NCBI GenBank assembly: GCA_018652595.1
Contig: JABIBU010000022.1
Location: forward strand, 50,346 to 114,345
Direction of reading: 5' to 3'
Length of the DNA stretch: 64,000 nucleotides
Source: Candidatus Magasanikiibacteriota bacterium
Lineage (GTDB): Bacteria; Patescibacteriota; Patescibacteriia; Magasanikbacterales; UBA922
The notes under the pieces were generated by a model. The model was not told the origin of the DNA. It ran no database searches and saw only the letters and a list, made by a program, of their open reading frames with translations. Shown piece after piece: positions 22,312-33,216 of the stretch. Made by a program: the position numbers and the translations under genes. Position 1 is the stretch's first letter; every line of letters starts with the position of its first letter.

Positions 22312-22341
22312 AGATAACCCTTTATTTTTACCCAGAATCAT

Positions 22342-23169
22342 ATGAATAGAGAGAATACAGCTCACCAAACAGAACCGCAGTCAACCCCCGAGGCAAAACC
22401 TACACACGATCTTAGTGGTGTTTTGGTAGAAAAAATGCATAAAAAGAAAGAAAAAATAGGCAAAACAGAAAGAAAGAGACTTGAGAGAGAGAAAAAAGCA
22501 AAAGAAAAAGCTGCAAAAGAAGCAGCCAGAAAAGCCCAGAGTGAAGCATCAAAAGGAGTAGCACGTGCCAAGGAAGAAATAAGAGTAATACCAACCACGA
22601 CAAGAGACAAAAAAGAAGGTGATTTATTTAGTGATTTTTCAAGTGAAATTCCTGTGACCACCCATCATGAAATTAAGGAAGATGAAGAGGGAGTTTTGGA
22701 CATAGGAGATGCTTATCGTAGGCCTGCAACAAAAAGAGAAATGCGGGAGGCTTATAGTAAATTACCTCCAACTGAAGAAGAGCAGCGACACATTGACGAA
22801 GGCACTGCCTCTTATGAAGAAGAAACACCTTTCAAAAAAGAAAAATTTAAATCAACAACACCTGTGGACGAAATCTCAAGTCCCGATTGGCAAGTTGAAG
22901 AAGGCTCAACACTAAAACAAAAGGATACGCTTGAAGAACCTTTTAAAGAGGGTGTAATAAGCAAAGGAATATCTTCAATAAAAGGTAAGTATGACTCCAG
23001 TGCTGAAGCAAAAATGAAAAAAAGAATTGACTCAACCCTAGAGCACAAAGGAGAGAAAATGATGAAAGAATCAGAAACCGCTGAAGAGCCAAAACCTGGT
23101 TTATTCGCCAGAATAGGGAATAGATGGAACAAATGGCGTGGTAAAAAAATGCTGAACAAAACAAAATAA
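22342..23169 (+). CDS. Hypothetical highly charged (K/E-rich) disordered protein (275 aa)
   Basis: Long ORF downstream of a consensus promoter; low-complexity composition. Confidence 0.5.
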   Translation: MNRENTAHQTEPQSTPEAKPTHDLSGVLVEKMHKKKEKIGKTERKRLEREKKAKEKAAKEAARKAQSEASKGVARAKEEIRVIPTTTRDKKEGDLFSDFSSEIPVTTHHEIKEDEEGVLDIGDAYRRPATKREMREAYSKLPPTEEEQRHIDEGTASYEEETPFKKEKFKSTTPVDEISSPDWQVEEGSTLKQKDTLEEPFKEGVISKGISSIKGKYDSSAEAKMKKRIDSTLEHKGEKMMKESETAEEPKPGLFARIGNRWNKWRGKKMLNKTK

Positions 23170-23177
23170 TTTTAAAC

Positions 23178-23216
23178 AAAAAAACACCCTTCGAAAATCG
23201 AAGGGTGTTTTTATTT
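23178..23216. terminator. Bidirectional rho-independent terminator
   Basis: acacccttcg-aaaa-cgaagggtgt + T-run. Confidence 0.75.
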
Positions 23217-23248
23217 TATATCTCACCAAGAAAATATAACAATATAAT

Positions 23249-25075
23249 CTATTTCCTCTCCTTCATCTCGCCCAAAACTCTTTCAACAAACTTATCCTTA
23301 CTCATGCTTTCCTGATCTTCTTGTCCACGAACACGAATCATCCAATCTTCGCCGTCTAATTCCTTATCGCCTACTACGACTATATAAGGAATTTTTTGTT
23401 TAGAGGCTTTTCTGATTTTATTGCCAACTGTTTCATCAGCGCTGTCAAATCCGACTCTAATGCCCGCATCAAATAATTCTTGTTTTATTTTCTTGGCACC
23501 CTCTACATGCTTTTCTGAGACAGGAACTAGATGAACTTGGACTGGTGCGAGCCAAGTTGGGAATGCTCCAGCATAGTGTTCAATCAGAAATCCGATTAGG
23601 CGCTCGTGAGTAGAAAGCGGTGCACGATGAATACAAATTGGGGTCTTTTCTTCGCCACCCTTATCAATATAAGTGAGATTAAATCTCTCTGGCACAGCAA
23701 AGTCCAATTGATTTGTTGATAAGGTAAACTGACGACCAATCACTGACCAAATCTCTACGTCAATCTTTGGCCCATAAAACGCAGCCTCATCTTCTACTTC
23801 TGTATAAGGCATGTCAGCTTTATTAAGTGCATTTCTTACTTGTTCTTCAGTCTTGATCCATAGAGCTTCATTGTCTACATATTTTTTACCAAGACCTTCT
23901 TTGCCATGCTTGGATAATCTCATCTGATATTTTTCAATTCCAAATAGATCGAAATAGTATTTGTACATTTCGAGTACTTTGATAAATTCCTCTTCAAACT
24001 GCTCTTCTGTACAATAAATATGGGCATCATTCATATTTAGAGACCTCACACGCATTAGGCCAAATAAGGCGCCGGAATCTTCAAAACGATAGCAATGACC
24101 ATATTCAGCCAAACGAACCGGCATTTCGCGATAACTGCGCTTGTGAGTGCCAAAAATCTTATGATGGTGCGGGCAATTCATGGCCTTTAGGTAATAAGTC
24201 TCATTATCCAGCTTCATTGGTGGAAACATACTACCCTTATAATATGGCAAATGACCTGAGCGAAGATATAGTTCTTCTTTTGCTATATGTGGAGTCTGTA
24301 CAATACTATATTCATATTTGCGCTCTAGTTCTTTGGCAAGTTTTTCAATTTCTTCAATAAGTACTGTGCCATTGGGATGCCAGAGAGGAAGACCTGGACC
24401 CACTTCATCATCAAAACTATAAATATCGAGGTCTTTGCCAAGCTTTCTGTGATCACGCTTCTCAGCCTCTTTCATCATCTCTTGATATTCTTTTAATTTT
24501 TCTTTGCTCTCAAAACAAACTCCATAGATTCTTTGCAGTTGCGGATTATTTTCATCCCCACGCCAATAAGCTCCTGCCAATTTTGTAAGCTTGAAAGCGC
24601 CAATTTCTTTGCTAGATTCCAAATGCGGACCACGGCAAAGGTCTACAAAATCTCCTGTCTTATATAGACTTACCTTTTCTATATCTGAACCAAGATCTTG
24701 CATTTCTTCTTCTGATAATTTGGTAGTTCCTTTTTCTTTCAAATCTTTTAGTAATAGTACTTTATAATCCTGACACTGCTTATCAAAAAATTTGATAGCC
24801 TCATCAATATCCATTTCTTGTCTTTCAAATCCTAAACCTTTTTTTGCCATCTTTCTGGCTTCCTTTTCAATTTTCTTTAAATCTTCGTCTGAGATATTTT
24901 CAGGAAAACCTATATCATAATAAAAACCATTTTCGACTACTGGCCCCACACCAAACTTGGCACCAGGAAATAATTTTTCTGCGGCCGCTGCTACGAGATG
25001 CGCGCATGAATGACGCATTACTTCCAATTCCTTATTTTCCATAAAATTATAGTTAGATTTATTTTTTATATTCAT
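23249..25075 (-). CDS. thrS: Threonyl-tRNA synthetase (no N-terminal TGS domain)
   Basis: RHSCAHL N2 editing motif, class II motifs (RVRSLNMNDAHIY, GAFPTWLAP), anticodon-binding C-terminus. Confidence 0.9.
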   Translation of the reverse strand: MNIKNKSNYNFMENKELEVMRHSCAHLVAAAAEKLFPGAKFGVGPVVENGFYYDIGFPENISDEDLKKIEKEARKMAKKGLGFERQEMDIDEAIKFFDKQCQDYKVLLLKDLKEKGTTKLSEEEMQDLGSDIEKVSLYKTGDFVDLCRGPHLESSKEIGAFKLTKLAGAYWRGDENNPQLQRIYGVCFESKEKLKEYQEMMKEAEKRDHRKLGKDLDIYSFDDEVGPGLPLWHPNGTVLIEEIEKLAKELERKYEYSIVQTPHIAKEELYLRSGHLPYYKGSMFPPMKLDNETYYLKAMNCPHHHKIFGTHKRSYREMPVRLAEYGHCYRFEDSGALFGLMRVRSLNMNDAHIYCTEEQFEEEFIKVLEMYKYYFDLFGIEKYQMRLSKHGKEGLGKKYVDNEALWIKTEEQVRNALNKADMPYTEVEDEAAFYGPKIDVEIWSVIGRQFTLSTNQLDFAVPERFNLTYIDKGGEEKTPICIHRAPLSTHERLIGFLIEHYAGAFPTWLAPVQVHLVPVSEKHVEGAKKIKQELFDAGIRVGFDSADETVGNKIRKASKQKIPYIVVVGDKELDGEDWMIRVRGQEDQESMSKDKFVERVLGEMKERK

Positions 25076-25595
25076 CTTTTAATATACTCATAATTCCATA
25101 ACTTATCTTTCTTTTCAATAATTTATTATATCCATAATTCCTTACTACTCCTTCCAGCTTAAAACCTGCTTTTTTGTAAGCTTTTAATGCTTTTTTATTA
25201 CCCATTTCCACGTTCAATTCAAACCTCTCGCCTTTTAATTTTTTAAAGAAATAATCAGCACACAAATTAATAATCTCTACGGCGTAACCCTTGCCCCAAT
25301 GGTCTTTTTCACCAATTATAATTCCCCAAGCCGCCACTTTGTTTTTCTTGTCTAATTTTAAACCAGTACCACCAATATGTTTTCCGCCTATCTCAATAGC
25401 CCAATTTACACTATCTTTATTTCTTTGCATTTTACGAATCGCCGTTTTTTCTTTTTCTAAGCTTATTTGCCAAACATCTTGGTTAAAATATTTCATTACT
25501 TCTTTATCACTAAACCAGCGCACATAATTCTCTGCGTCTTTTACCTTTAGCGGTCTCAAAATGACTCTAGGGCCTTTTAGTGCTGGTATTTTCAT
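25059..25595 (-). CDS. GNAT-family N-acetyltransferase (RimJ/RimL-like)
   Basis: GNAT core motifs (WGKGYA..., KAYKKAGF). Confidence 0.7.
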   Translation of the reverse strand: MKIPALKGPRVILRPLKVKDAENYVRWFSDKEVMKYFNQDVWQISLEKEKTAIRKMQRNKDSVNWAIEIGGKHIGGTGLKLDKKNKVAAWGIIIGEKDHWGKGYAVEIINLCADYFFKKLKGERFELNVEMGNKKALKAYKKAGFKLEGVVRNYGYNKLLKRKISYGIMSILKDEYKK

Positions 25596-25832
25596 AAAGA
25601 TTAATTAAACAAAAACCCCGATGCATAACTTCAACCAAAAGATTAAAATTACACACCGGGGTCCTGATTTTTCAAGACGGTTCCACCCGTTGTTTTACTC
25701 ATTAAATTGTCTCCAGCTTAGCCTTAATAGGACCCTTTGGGTAGGTACTTGGTAGGCACCTCAATCGCTAGTAGTAATACTATATAATATATCTAAAAAT
25801 CTGTCAACATCACTAAATTAATAATTACTCAG

Positions 25833-26969
25833 TTACTCTACTTTCTTCACCACCACATTCACATGCTCGGCCACATGAGGCACACTTAGCATCCAGGCAG
25901 GATTAAACTTGATCTCTACACCCTGCACATGATCTAGTGAAAGCAAATAACGGCGAACTTCATCCTTTGTCTTTCCAAAGAAAAGCATTTTTTGTAATTG
26001 TTTGCTTTCTGGATCCAGCTCTACTAAGCCAGCATAAAATATATTCAAGACTGCCATTTTGTTATCCAGATCATAATCTCCCAAAGTAACTGTGGGCTCT
26101 GAATCACAAGGAGATACTTTTTCAATATCGCCCACGACTCGTTTTTCTAAACCTTTTTTGGCAATGCTTAACACCTCGTCTTTGTCATAAAAAACTCCGA
26201 CCACAGTAGCGCTTCCGCTCAGATCAAACTCTTCTATTTCTTCATCTGTGCCTACATCAGTCTTCACCTCATGTTGCACCACAGAAAAGACACCCTCTAG
26301 CCCAGGATTTATTTCCAAAAGATCTTCTATACCCTTATTTTTCAATTCCTCTACCAATTCTTCTTCTGCTTTTTTCAAATCTGCACTAGTTAGCACTCCA
26401 TAGGTTCTCACTCCACCTTTCATAGACTGCTCACTAGTTGCATAGATAAACTCCTGTGTGTCTTCACGCAAACCTGGAATAGTAAACTTGGTAGGACCTA
26501 TTTCACTCTTCTTACCTTCTTCATCAGCATAGACTTCTGCATCTATCGCACCTTGGGCCGGCACAGTTACCCTACTTTTTAGTCTAAATAAAATTCCATC
26601 TGGACTAAGCAGTCTGGTAGTTGCCACCAAGGGTTGGGCAAAATCTTTTTCATTATGCAGTGTGACAAATCCAATGGCGACAGAGACCTCTTCTTTGGTA
26701 GACTCTGGTTTGAAGGTCTTTTGTAGACTAACCTCTGTGGTGACTATCTGCCCATTACCACCCTCATCTTTATTATTAATCTCCAAAGTAGAATTAACCT
26801 CAACCGGATCTGGCTTGGTGATTACAGTGATTGTCGCCCGCTTGGATGACATGAATACAATAACTGCCAATAGTGCGATTGTCAAAAACAAAAATGACAA
26901 AGCTACAATTTTGTAAAATCTAACTGATTGGCCCCCATCCAAATTGGTCTCTTTTCTTCTTGGAGTCAT
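25833..26969 (-). CDS. Membrane-anchored extracytoplasmic protein (hypothetical; pilus-assembly context)
   Basis: Single N-terminal TM after a short cytoplasmic tail; 378 aa; immediately downstream of pilB in the same orientation. Confidence 0.5.
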   Translation of the reverse strand: MTPRRKETNLDGGQSVRFYKIVALSFLFLTIALLAVIVFMSSKRATITVITKPDPVEVNSTLEINNKDEGGNGQIVTTEVSLQKTFKPESTKEEVSVAIGFVTLHNEKDFAQPLVATTRLLSPDGILFRLKSRVTVPAQGAIDAEVYADEEGKKSEIGPTKFTIPGLREDTQEFIYATSEQSMKGGVRTYGVLTSADLKKAEEELVEELKNKGIEDLLEINPGLEGVFSVVQHEVKTDVGTDEEIEEFDLSGSATVVGVFYDKDEVLSIAKKGLEKRVVGDIEKVSPCDSEPTVTLGDYDLDNKMAVLNIFYAGLVELDPESKQLQKMLFFGKTKDEVRRYLLSLDHVQGVEIKFNPAWMLSVPHVAEHVNVVVKKVE

Positions 26970-27000
26970 AAAAATAAAGTTTATTGGTTTAATTGTTTAT

Positions 27001-28764
27001 TTAATCAATAACACGGAATACTTCGTCTAAAGAAGTCAGACCTTCTAGTGCTTTTATAATTCCATCTTGAACCATTGTCACCATGCCTGCATTAATTGCA
27101 GCTTGCTCAATATCGTGTTCTGCTACATTACCTGCAAGCACCATCTGCTCTATATCTGTATTCATAAGTAAGATTTCATAAATACCAATTCGCCCTTTGT
27201 AACCAATTCCACCACAGGCGTCACAACCACCACCCTTATAAAAAACTAATTCTTTTTTGGTAGTCTCTGCTTTTGCTTTTTCTGGCATAGTAGCAATAAA
27301 TTTTTCTACTTCTGCTTTTTGTTTATCGTCCAACTCAATCTTTTCTTTACATTTTTCACAGACACGGCGCACCAAACGCTGGCCGATAATAGCATTCAGA
27401 GCCGGAGCTAACAAAAATGGCTTCACCCCCATAGATACAAAACGCGGTATTGCCCCAGCTGCGCTATTTGTATGAACAGTAGAAAACATAAGGTGACCAG
27501 TGAGGGCTGCCTGGACAGAGGTGTCAGCAGTATCAAGATCACGAATTTCTCCGACCATTACAATATCTGGATCTTGACGCAATATTGAACGCAGACCCTT
27601 GGCAAATGTAAATCCTTTGTCAGTATCTATCTGACTCTGGTTAATTCCTTCCATTTTATACTCGACCGGATCTTCTAGAGTAATAATCTTTACGCCCGGT
27701 TTATTTAATGTTTCTAAAACCGCATAAAGTGTTGTAGTCTTACCAGAACCAGTCGGGCCAGTAGTCACTATCATGCCATTTGGTCGTGTAATCTCTCGTC
27801 TCAATTTTTCTTCGGTATCTCCATATAAACCAAGACTGGACAACTCTAATCCCTTTCGCGACTGATCCAAAAGACGCATCACAATGCTCTCACCATAAAC
27901 AGTCGGGATAGTAGAAACACGCACATCCACATCCCCTTTTTCTAGTTTTATTGTAAAACGACCGTCTTGTGGTTTGTTGGTAATGTTAATTTTTAAAGAT
28001 GAAAACAACTTAACTCTAGAAACCAACTTTTTGTAAACTTCTTTTTTCAAAGTTGCAGCATCATGCAAAATACCATCCAAACGAACCCTAACAACGATCT
28101 CTTCTTCCTCGGCCTCAACATGGAGATCAGACGCCTCCAATTTTAATGCCGCACCCAAAAGAAGTACAACTAAATCGGTCGTGGACTGCTTATCAAGTAT
28201 TTTTTGAAAGGAGGAAAAATCTTTAACATCAGCTTGTACTTTTTTTAAATCTTCTTCTTTTATCTCCACATCCTTGCTAATTGCCTTTATTATCGGCAGG
28301 TTGGCATAAAGCTTCAAAGTCCTATCCAAACTATTTTTGGATATTACATAGAGGGCCCCGCTAGCATGTTTTTTTTCTTCAACCTGATGAAATAGTTCTC
28401 TCACCTCTTCGTTGTCTGGCTGGGTACTACCCAATCTAAACTCGTCTGGGGTAGAAAAAAAACAAATTGTACCAAGACGTTTCGCATCATCAAATGAGAC
28501 CTGCTTCAAAGCTTCTTGTCCGATTGGAAACTTTTCTAAATCAATATGAGGAAGTCCCAATGAAGCTGCAAAACCGGCCGCCTCTCTCTCGCGTTCCTTT
28601 ATGGCTACTTGTCCCATTTTCTTTTTGAACTTTTTTTCTATTTCTGGAGAAGAAATATGCAAATCAACGTGATCTTTTGTTTCTTCTGGAGTATCCAAAG
28701 CCTGCCCATCGTCATTCGCTGGCTTCTCTTTTAGCAAATCATCAATTGTTGACAAATCAGACAT
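27001..28764 (-). CDS. pilB: Type IV pilus/type II secretion assembly ATPase (GspE/PilB family)
   Basis: Walker A GPTGSGKTT, Asp/His boxes, tetracysteine CEKC...CDACGG zinc motif, N-terminal GspE_N-like region. Confidence 0.88.
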   Translation of the reverse strand: MSDLSTIDDLLKEKPANDDGQALDTPEETKDHVDLHISSPEIEKKFKKKMGQVAIKEREREAAGFAASLGLPHIDLEKFPIGQEALKQVSFDDAKRLGTICFFSTPDEFRLGSTQPDNEEVRELFHQVEEKKHASGALYVISKNSLDRTLKLYANLPIIKAISKDVEIKEEDLKKVQADVKDFSSFQKILDKQSTTDLVVLLLGAALKLEASDLHVEAEEEEIVVRVRLDGILHDAATLKKEVYKKLVSRVKLFSSLKINITNKPQDGRFTIKLEKGDVDVRVSTIPTVYGESIVMRLLDQSRKGLELSSLGLYGDTEEKLRREITRPNGMIVTTGPTGSGKTTTLYAVLETLNKPGVKIITLEDPVEYKMEGINQSQIDTDKGFTFAKGLRSILRQDPDIVMVGEIRDLDTADTSVQAALTGHLMFSTVHTNSAAGAIPRFVSMGVKPFLLAPALNAIIGQRLVRRVCEKCKEKIELDDKQKAEVEKFIATMPEKAKAETTKKELVFYKGGGCDACGGIGYKGRIGIYEILLMNTDIEQMVLAGNVAEHDIEQAAINAGMVTMVQDGIIKALEGLTSLDEVFRVID

Positions 28765-28767
28765 GTT

Positions 28768-29742
28768 TTATTTTCCAAAGTAATGCATTACCCTACTCTT
28801 TACTCCTGTCTTATGCATTTTCATAAATAAATAGGTCCAAGTAGAAATTATAAAGACAGAAAAAACACTAGCTACAAGCATAATAAACAAGGCGTTTAGT
28901 CCTACCCCCACCATAAGTCCGACAAACCACAACGAAAGACTCCCAGTAACATTAACTATTGCCCAACTAATTAGTGTAGGTAAAAAGAGAATCATCATAC
29001 CAAACAACACTGCTAGAGCCAATACCAAATTCATCAACAGAGTAATCAAACCAACTTCAAATGAGACTAACCAGTGACCAGTAAACAATTTCCAAGCAGC
29101 TGCCCAAGCCTCTCCAAAACTATATTCCTCTACCACCACATAGCCCGCTGCATAAATAGCCAAAAATGAAATTACCATACCCACAAAAGCGGCTATGACA
29201 AATACTAATAAAAATAATAATGACAAACCAACACCGTTACTAAACATCAGCTTCCAAGCTACATATCCTACTGGCAAAGCCATCAAACAGTAGGCTACTT
29301 TTTTTATTAAATTTATAAAAAACATTCTCCAAAAGTGCTCCACACCCACATGCCACTCTTCTCCAGCATTTGGAAGTTTTTTGTGCTTTACAGACACGGC
29401 TGCAGCTTTTATTAGTGCGCCCTGAGAAACAACTGACACAAAGATAAGAAGCAAACCAAAACCAACTAAAACAACCATAAGACTAACAAACCAAAGCCAG
29501 CCATCCAAAGGCAGCTTCATTTGGGCTGTTCCAGATAATAGTTCTTTACCAAAAGTAAACCAACTAGACCAAACAAGGTGAATTGGTCTACCAGAAGCTG
29601 ACATTCCTACCTTACTTAATAATTCCAAAATTCCCATCTGCCCCAAAAAGACAGAAAATAAACCAAAGACCCAGAGTATTTTATGTTCTTTGGCAAATTG
29701 CCAACTGTGAGATAAAGCCTCACGATAGAGTGGAGTTTTCAT
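28768..29742 (-). CDS. Polytopic integral membrane protein (about 8 TM, hypothetical)
   Basis: Hydrophobicity pattern; 3-nt spacing to pilB; not PilC/GspF-like. Confidence 0.5.
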   Translation of the reverse strand: MKTPLYREALSHSWQFAKEHKILWVFGLFSVFLGQMGILELLSKVGMSASGRPIHLVWSSWFTFGKELLSGTAQMKLPLDGWLWFVSLMVVLVGFGLLLIFVSVVSQGALIKAAAVSVKHKKLPNAGEEWHVGVEHFWRMFFINLIKKVAYCLMALPVGYVAWKLMFSNGVGLSLLFLLVFVIAAFVGMVISFLAIYAAGYVVVEEYSFGEAWAAAWKLFTGHWLVSFEVGLITLLMNLVLALAVLFGMMILFLPTLISWAIVNVTGSLSLWFVGLMVGVGLNALFIMLVASVFSVFIISTWTYLFMKMHKTGVKSRVMHYFGK

Positions 29743-29821
29743 ACTAAAAAATTACAAACCTATCTGCTGACAGGCAAGATTAATTATAAAATTATTGTAA
29801 GTATATTATATCACATTTTTT

Positions 29822-29860
29822 GATAAAATAAAAAAAGAGACACAAAATTTTGTGTCTCTA
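29822..29860 (-). terminator. Rho-independent terminator after ftsH
   Basis: agagacaca-aaatttt-tgtgtctct followed by a T-run on the minus strand. Confidence 0.7.
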
Positions 29861-29880
29861 CGATATAATCTTGATTTTCT

Positions 29881-31746
29881 TTATTTTTCAGCCTCTACTT
29901 TATCCGGCATAGCTTCAGCGGAGCCGGACATAATCTTACTAAACACATCTTGTTCCACAGTTTCTTTTTCCAACAAAACTTTTACTAGATCATCCATTTT
30001 ATTCTTATTTGTCTTTATTACTTCCTTCGCAGTTACCAAAGCATTGTTTAGCAATTCATTAATCTCTTCGTCAATCATCTCAGCTGTTTTTTCACTGTAA
30101 TTTTTCTTTTCATGAATATCTTGGGCCAAGAAAATAAGTCCTTCATTGTCAGCATACATGCGAGGTCCGAGCTTGTCACTCATACCATAATGCATTACCA
30201 TTTTCTTTGCCATCTGAGTTGCCTTCTTTAGATCGCTTGATGGCCCGGTAGAAAGTTGGTCATCTCCATAAACAATTTTCTCAGTCATATATCCACCCAA
30301 TATCATAGCAAGATCATCTTTGAACTTGGCAATGGTAGAATAACGAATTTCTTTTTCCGGCATTGATAAGGTATAGCCACCAGCCATACCACGACCAATG
30401 ATTGAAACTTTTCTTACTGAATCACAGTTCTTTAAAAAGTGCCCAACAACAGCATGCCCAGCTTCATGATAAGCAGTCATCTCACGCTCTTGATCGCTCA
30501 TAACACGTGATTTTTTCTCCGGCCCAAGCATTACCTTTTCAATACTATCTAATACTTCTTCTTCATCGATCTTTTTCTTACCAAGACGAACTGCCATAAT
30601 GGCTGCCTCATTCAAAAGATTGGCAAGATCAGCACCAGAAAATCCTGGCGTACGCTCGGCCACCTTACGCAAAGAAACTCCTTTGGTAAGTGGTTTGCCC
30701 TTGGCGTGAACTTTCAAAATTTGTTCTCTATCTTCTATATCTGGCATATCTATAACAACACGGCGATCAAAACGACCAGGCCGAAGCAGGGCAGGATCTA
30801 ATACATCAGGACGATTGGTTGCGGCGACTACTATCACACCCAGATTTGGATCAAAGCCATCCATCTCAACCAGAATTTGATTTAAAGTTTGTTCTCTTTC
30901 ATCATGAGAACCACCAAGGCCGGCACCACGCTTGCGAGCGACAGCATCAATCTCATCTATAAAGATAATAGACGGAGCAGCTTTTTTGGCTTTATCAAAT
31001 AAGTCACGAACACGCGAAGCCCCAACACCAACGAACATTTCTACAAACTCAGATCCTGAAATATGGAAAAACGGTACGTCAGCTTCACCAGCTACTGCTT
31101 TGGCAAGTAAAGTTTTACCAGTACCAGGCGAGCCCATTAGGAGCAACCCCTTAGGGATTTTGGCACCCATCTCTGTAAACTTTTTTGGGTTTTTTAAGAA
31201 ATCTACTACTTCATTCAGTTCTTCCTTAGCTTCTTTGGCGCCGGCAACATCCTTGAATGTCTTTTTACTTTTATCATCTGGTTTATTTTGTTTGGCCTTA
31301 GATTGCCCGAAGCCCATAGCCTTATTATTCATGCCTTGCATCTGGCGAGACATAAACCAAATAATACCGATAATAAGAAGAATCGGCAACATGGCTGGCA
31401 AAATCAAAGTCATCCAGTATGTAAATCCAGACTCTTCTTTTACTAATAAATTTACCTTCTGCAATTTTTCTGACTCAACACCATAATCACTCATCAATTC
31501 TGCAAACGATTGGCCTGGTTCCTTTTTTACTTCTAATACTTTTTCTTCTTCACCTTTCAGAGTAGCTAACAAAAAGTCACCACGAACTTCTACTTCTATT
31601 ACTCGCTCTTCATTAATGTTTTGGATTAGTCTATTAACGCCAACCTTTTCTGGTTCTACATCGCCAGAATAAGTAAAACTAAGAATTGCTGCAAAAGTCA
31701 GCAGAACGATAAAAATTATACTAAAGTTTTTTATCAAATTTTTCAT
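29881..31746 (-). CDS. ftsH: ATP-dependent zinc metalloprotease FtsH
   Basis: N-terminal TMs, AAA module [13 protein letters not shown], second region of homology, HEAGHA zinc motif. Confidence 0.92.
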   Translation of the reverse strand: MKNLIKNFSIIFIVLLTFAAILSFTYSGDVEPEKVGVNRLIQNINEERVIEVEVRGDFLLATLKGEEEKVLEVKKEPGQSFAELMSDYGVESEKLQKVNLLVKEESGFTYWMTLILPAMLPILLIIGIIWFMSRQMQGMNNKAMGFGQSKAKQNKPDDKSKKTFKDVAGAKEAKEELNEVVDFLKNPKKFTEMGAKIPKGLLLMGSPGTGKTLLAKAVAGEADVPFFHISGSEFVEMFVGVGASRVRDLFDKAKKAAPSIIFIDEIDAVARKRGAGLGGSHDEREQTLNQILVEMDGFDPNLGVIVVAATNRPDVLDPALLRPGRFDRRVVIDMPDIEDREQILKVHAKGKPLTKGVSLRKVAERTPGFSGADLANLLNEAAIMAVRLGKKKIDEEEVLDSIEKVMLGPEKKSRVMSDQEREMTAYHEAGHAVVGHFLKNCDSVRKVSIIGRGMAGGYTLSMPEKEIRYSTIAKFKDDLAMILGGYMTEKIVYGDDQLSTGPSSDLKKATQMAKKMVMHYGMSDKLGPRMYADNEGLIFLAQDIHEKKNYSEKTAEMIDEEINELLNNALVTAKEVIKTNKNKMDDLVKVLLEKETVEQDVFSKIMSGSAEAMPDKVEAEK

Positions 31747-31845
31747 AGATTAGATTTTTGCCTGCTCACAAGTGAGAAAGGCTATTTCTTAATAAATTAG
31801 TCCCTTAATTATAGCGGAATTGTGGGAAAAGTCAAGCTGTGCACC

Positions 31846-31882
31846 ATATTAACAAAAGAGACGCGAATTATTCGCGTCTCTA
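31846..31882 (-). terminator. Rho-independent terminator after rpsA
   Basis: agagacgcgaat-t-attcgcgtctct 12-bp stem. Confidence 0.7.
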
Positions 31883-31902
31883 GTCAATTACCTGAAATCT
31901 GG

Positions 31903-33216
31903 TTACTTTTTTTCTTCTTCACTCTTATCCTCACCTTCGCTCTTAGCTTCGGGAGACTTCGCTTCGCTCGCTTCCTTGTCCACCGTAGCCTTGGCGGAGG
32001 TGGATTCCTTCTTAACTTTCTTCTTTTTATCAGCCTTTTCTTTCTTCTCTTCCTTCACTTCTTCAGCTTTTTCCTCGATGACCTCTTCTTTTGGCTCTTC
32101 GGCCTTTTCTTCTTTTACAACTTCTTTAGTCTTTTTGTCGCCCAATAGCTTTAGACCTAGACGATGTTCAGAAGGTTCAATTGAAATTACTTCGAAGTCT
32201 GATTTTTGGCCAATTGTAAATCTCTCACGTAACTCAGCAGCATCTCTGGCGCTTAGCTCAGAGATATGAGCAAGTCCGTGAATATCCTCGTCTAGCTTTA
32301 CCATTAGACCAAAATTTTCAATCTTGTGGATTTCGCCATTCAAAGTTTCACCTACTTTATATTTTTCTTTTACACTCTTCCAAGGATCATCTACCAAACG
32401 TTTTACAGAAAGATAGATCTTGGATTTGTTGATATCAATGATTTGGGCATTTACTTTTTGGCCGACTTTCAAAACATCACGGGGATGATCAATTCTCTGC
32501 CATACAATTTCGGAAATATGTACTAGACCTTCTAGACCTTCGCCAAACTTGATAAAAGCACCAAAGGAGGTTAGGGCGCTTACTTCGCCCTCTACTACAT
32601 CACCAACATTGAATGAGTCAAGAACAGCTTTTTGTTCATCTTCCCAAACAGCCTTTTCTGAAATAATTAATTTTTCATCTTTTTCAATAGCGTCCAGAAC
32701 CTTTACTTGCATCTTCTTGCCAATCAAACCGCGCAAGTGTTCCAAGATTCTATTCTTGTCTCCACCTTGGACACGAGGATAGTTATCTGGTGACAATTGT
32801 GAAACAGGCATAAAACCTACTAAAGCATCTAACTGCATCATTAGACCGCCTTTGTTGGCAGCTAAGACTTTTCCTTCTAGAGTAATACCGTCTTCGGCAT
32901 TTTTCTTCATTCTAGACCATACAAGATGATGTCCAGCAACACGGAAAGAAAGTTCCATCTCACCATTTTCATTTTCTTTTTCTAGGATAGTTGCTTCTGC
33001 TTCATCACCAACTTTTACATTGGAAAATTCTTTTGACTCAGCAAATAACTCTGGACCACGAACTATACCGGTGACAACACCTTCTATATCCAAGCGGACC
33101 TCACCGTTATCGACTGAGATTACTATACCTTTTACCAATTCACCTTCCTTTGGTAACACGGCAAAAAAGTTCTTTAGCAAATTTGCGAATGAACTAGGGT
33201 TTTTTTCGTCTGACAT
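31903..33216 (-). CDS. rpsA: 30S ribosomal protein S1 with a K/E-rich C-terminal tail
   Basis: Four S1 (OB) repeats; lysine/glutamate-rich C-terminal extension. Confidence 0.85.
   Translation of the reverse strand: MSDEKNPSSFANLLKNFFAVLPKEGELVKGIVISVDNGEVRLDIEGVVTGIVRGPELFAESKEFSNVKVGDEAEATILEKENENGEMELSFRVAGHHLVWSRMKKNAEDGITLEGKVLAANKGGLMMQLDALVGFMPVSQLSPDNYPRVQGGDKNRILEHLRGLIGKKMQVKVLDAIEKDEKLIISEKAVWEDEQKAVLDSFNVGDVVEGEVSALTSFGAFIKFGEGLEGLVHISEIVWQRIDHPRDVLKVGQKVNAQIIDINKSKIYLSVKRLVDDPWKSVKEKYKVGETLNGEIHKIENFGLMVKLDEDIHGLAHISELSARDAAELRERFTIGQKSDFEVISIEPSEHRLGLKLLGDKKTKEVVKEEKAEEPKEEVIEEKAEEVKEEKKEKADKKKKVKKESTSAKATVDKEASEAKSPEAKSEGEDKSEEEKK

Noticed and set aside
25596-25832. 237-bp intergenic region with paired CCCCG/CGGGG and other short stems; considered as a possible small RNA (SRP, 6S)
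   Set aside because: No recognisable conserved motifs of SRP RNA, tmRNA, RNase P or 6S; most simply a terminator plus promoter spacer
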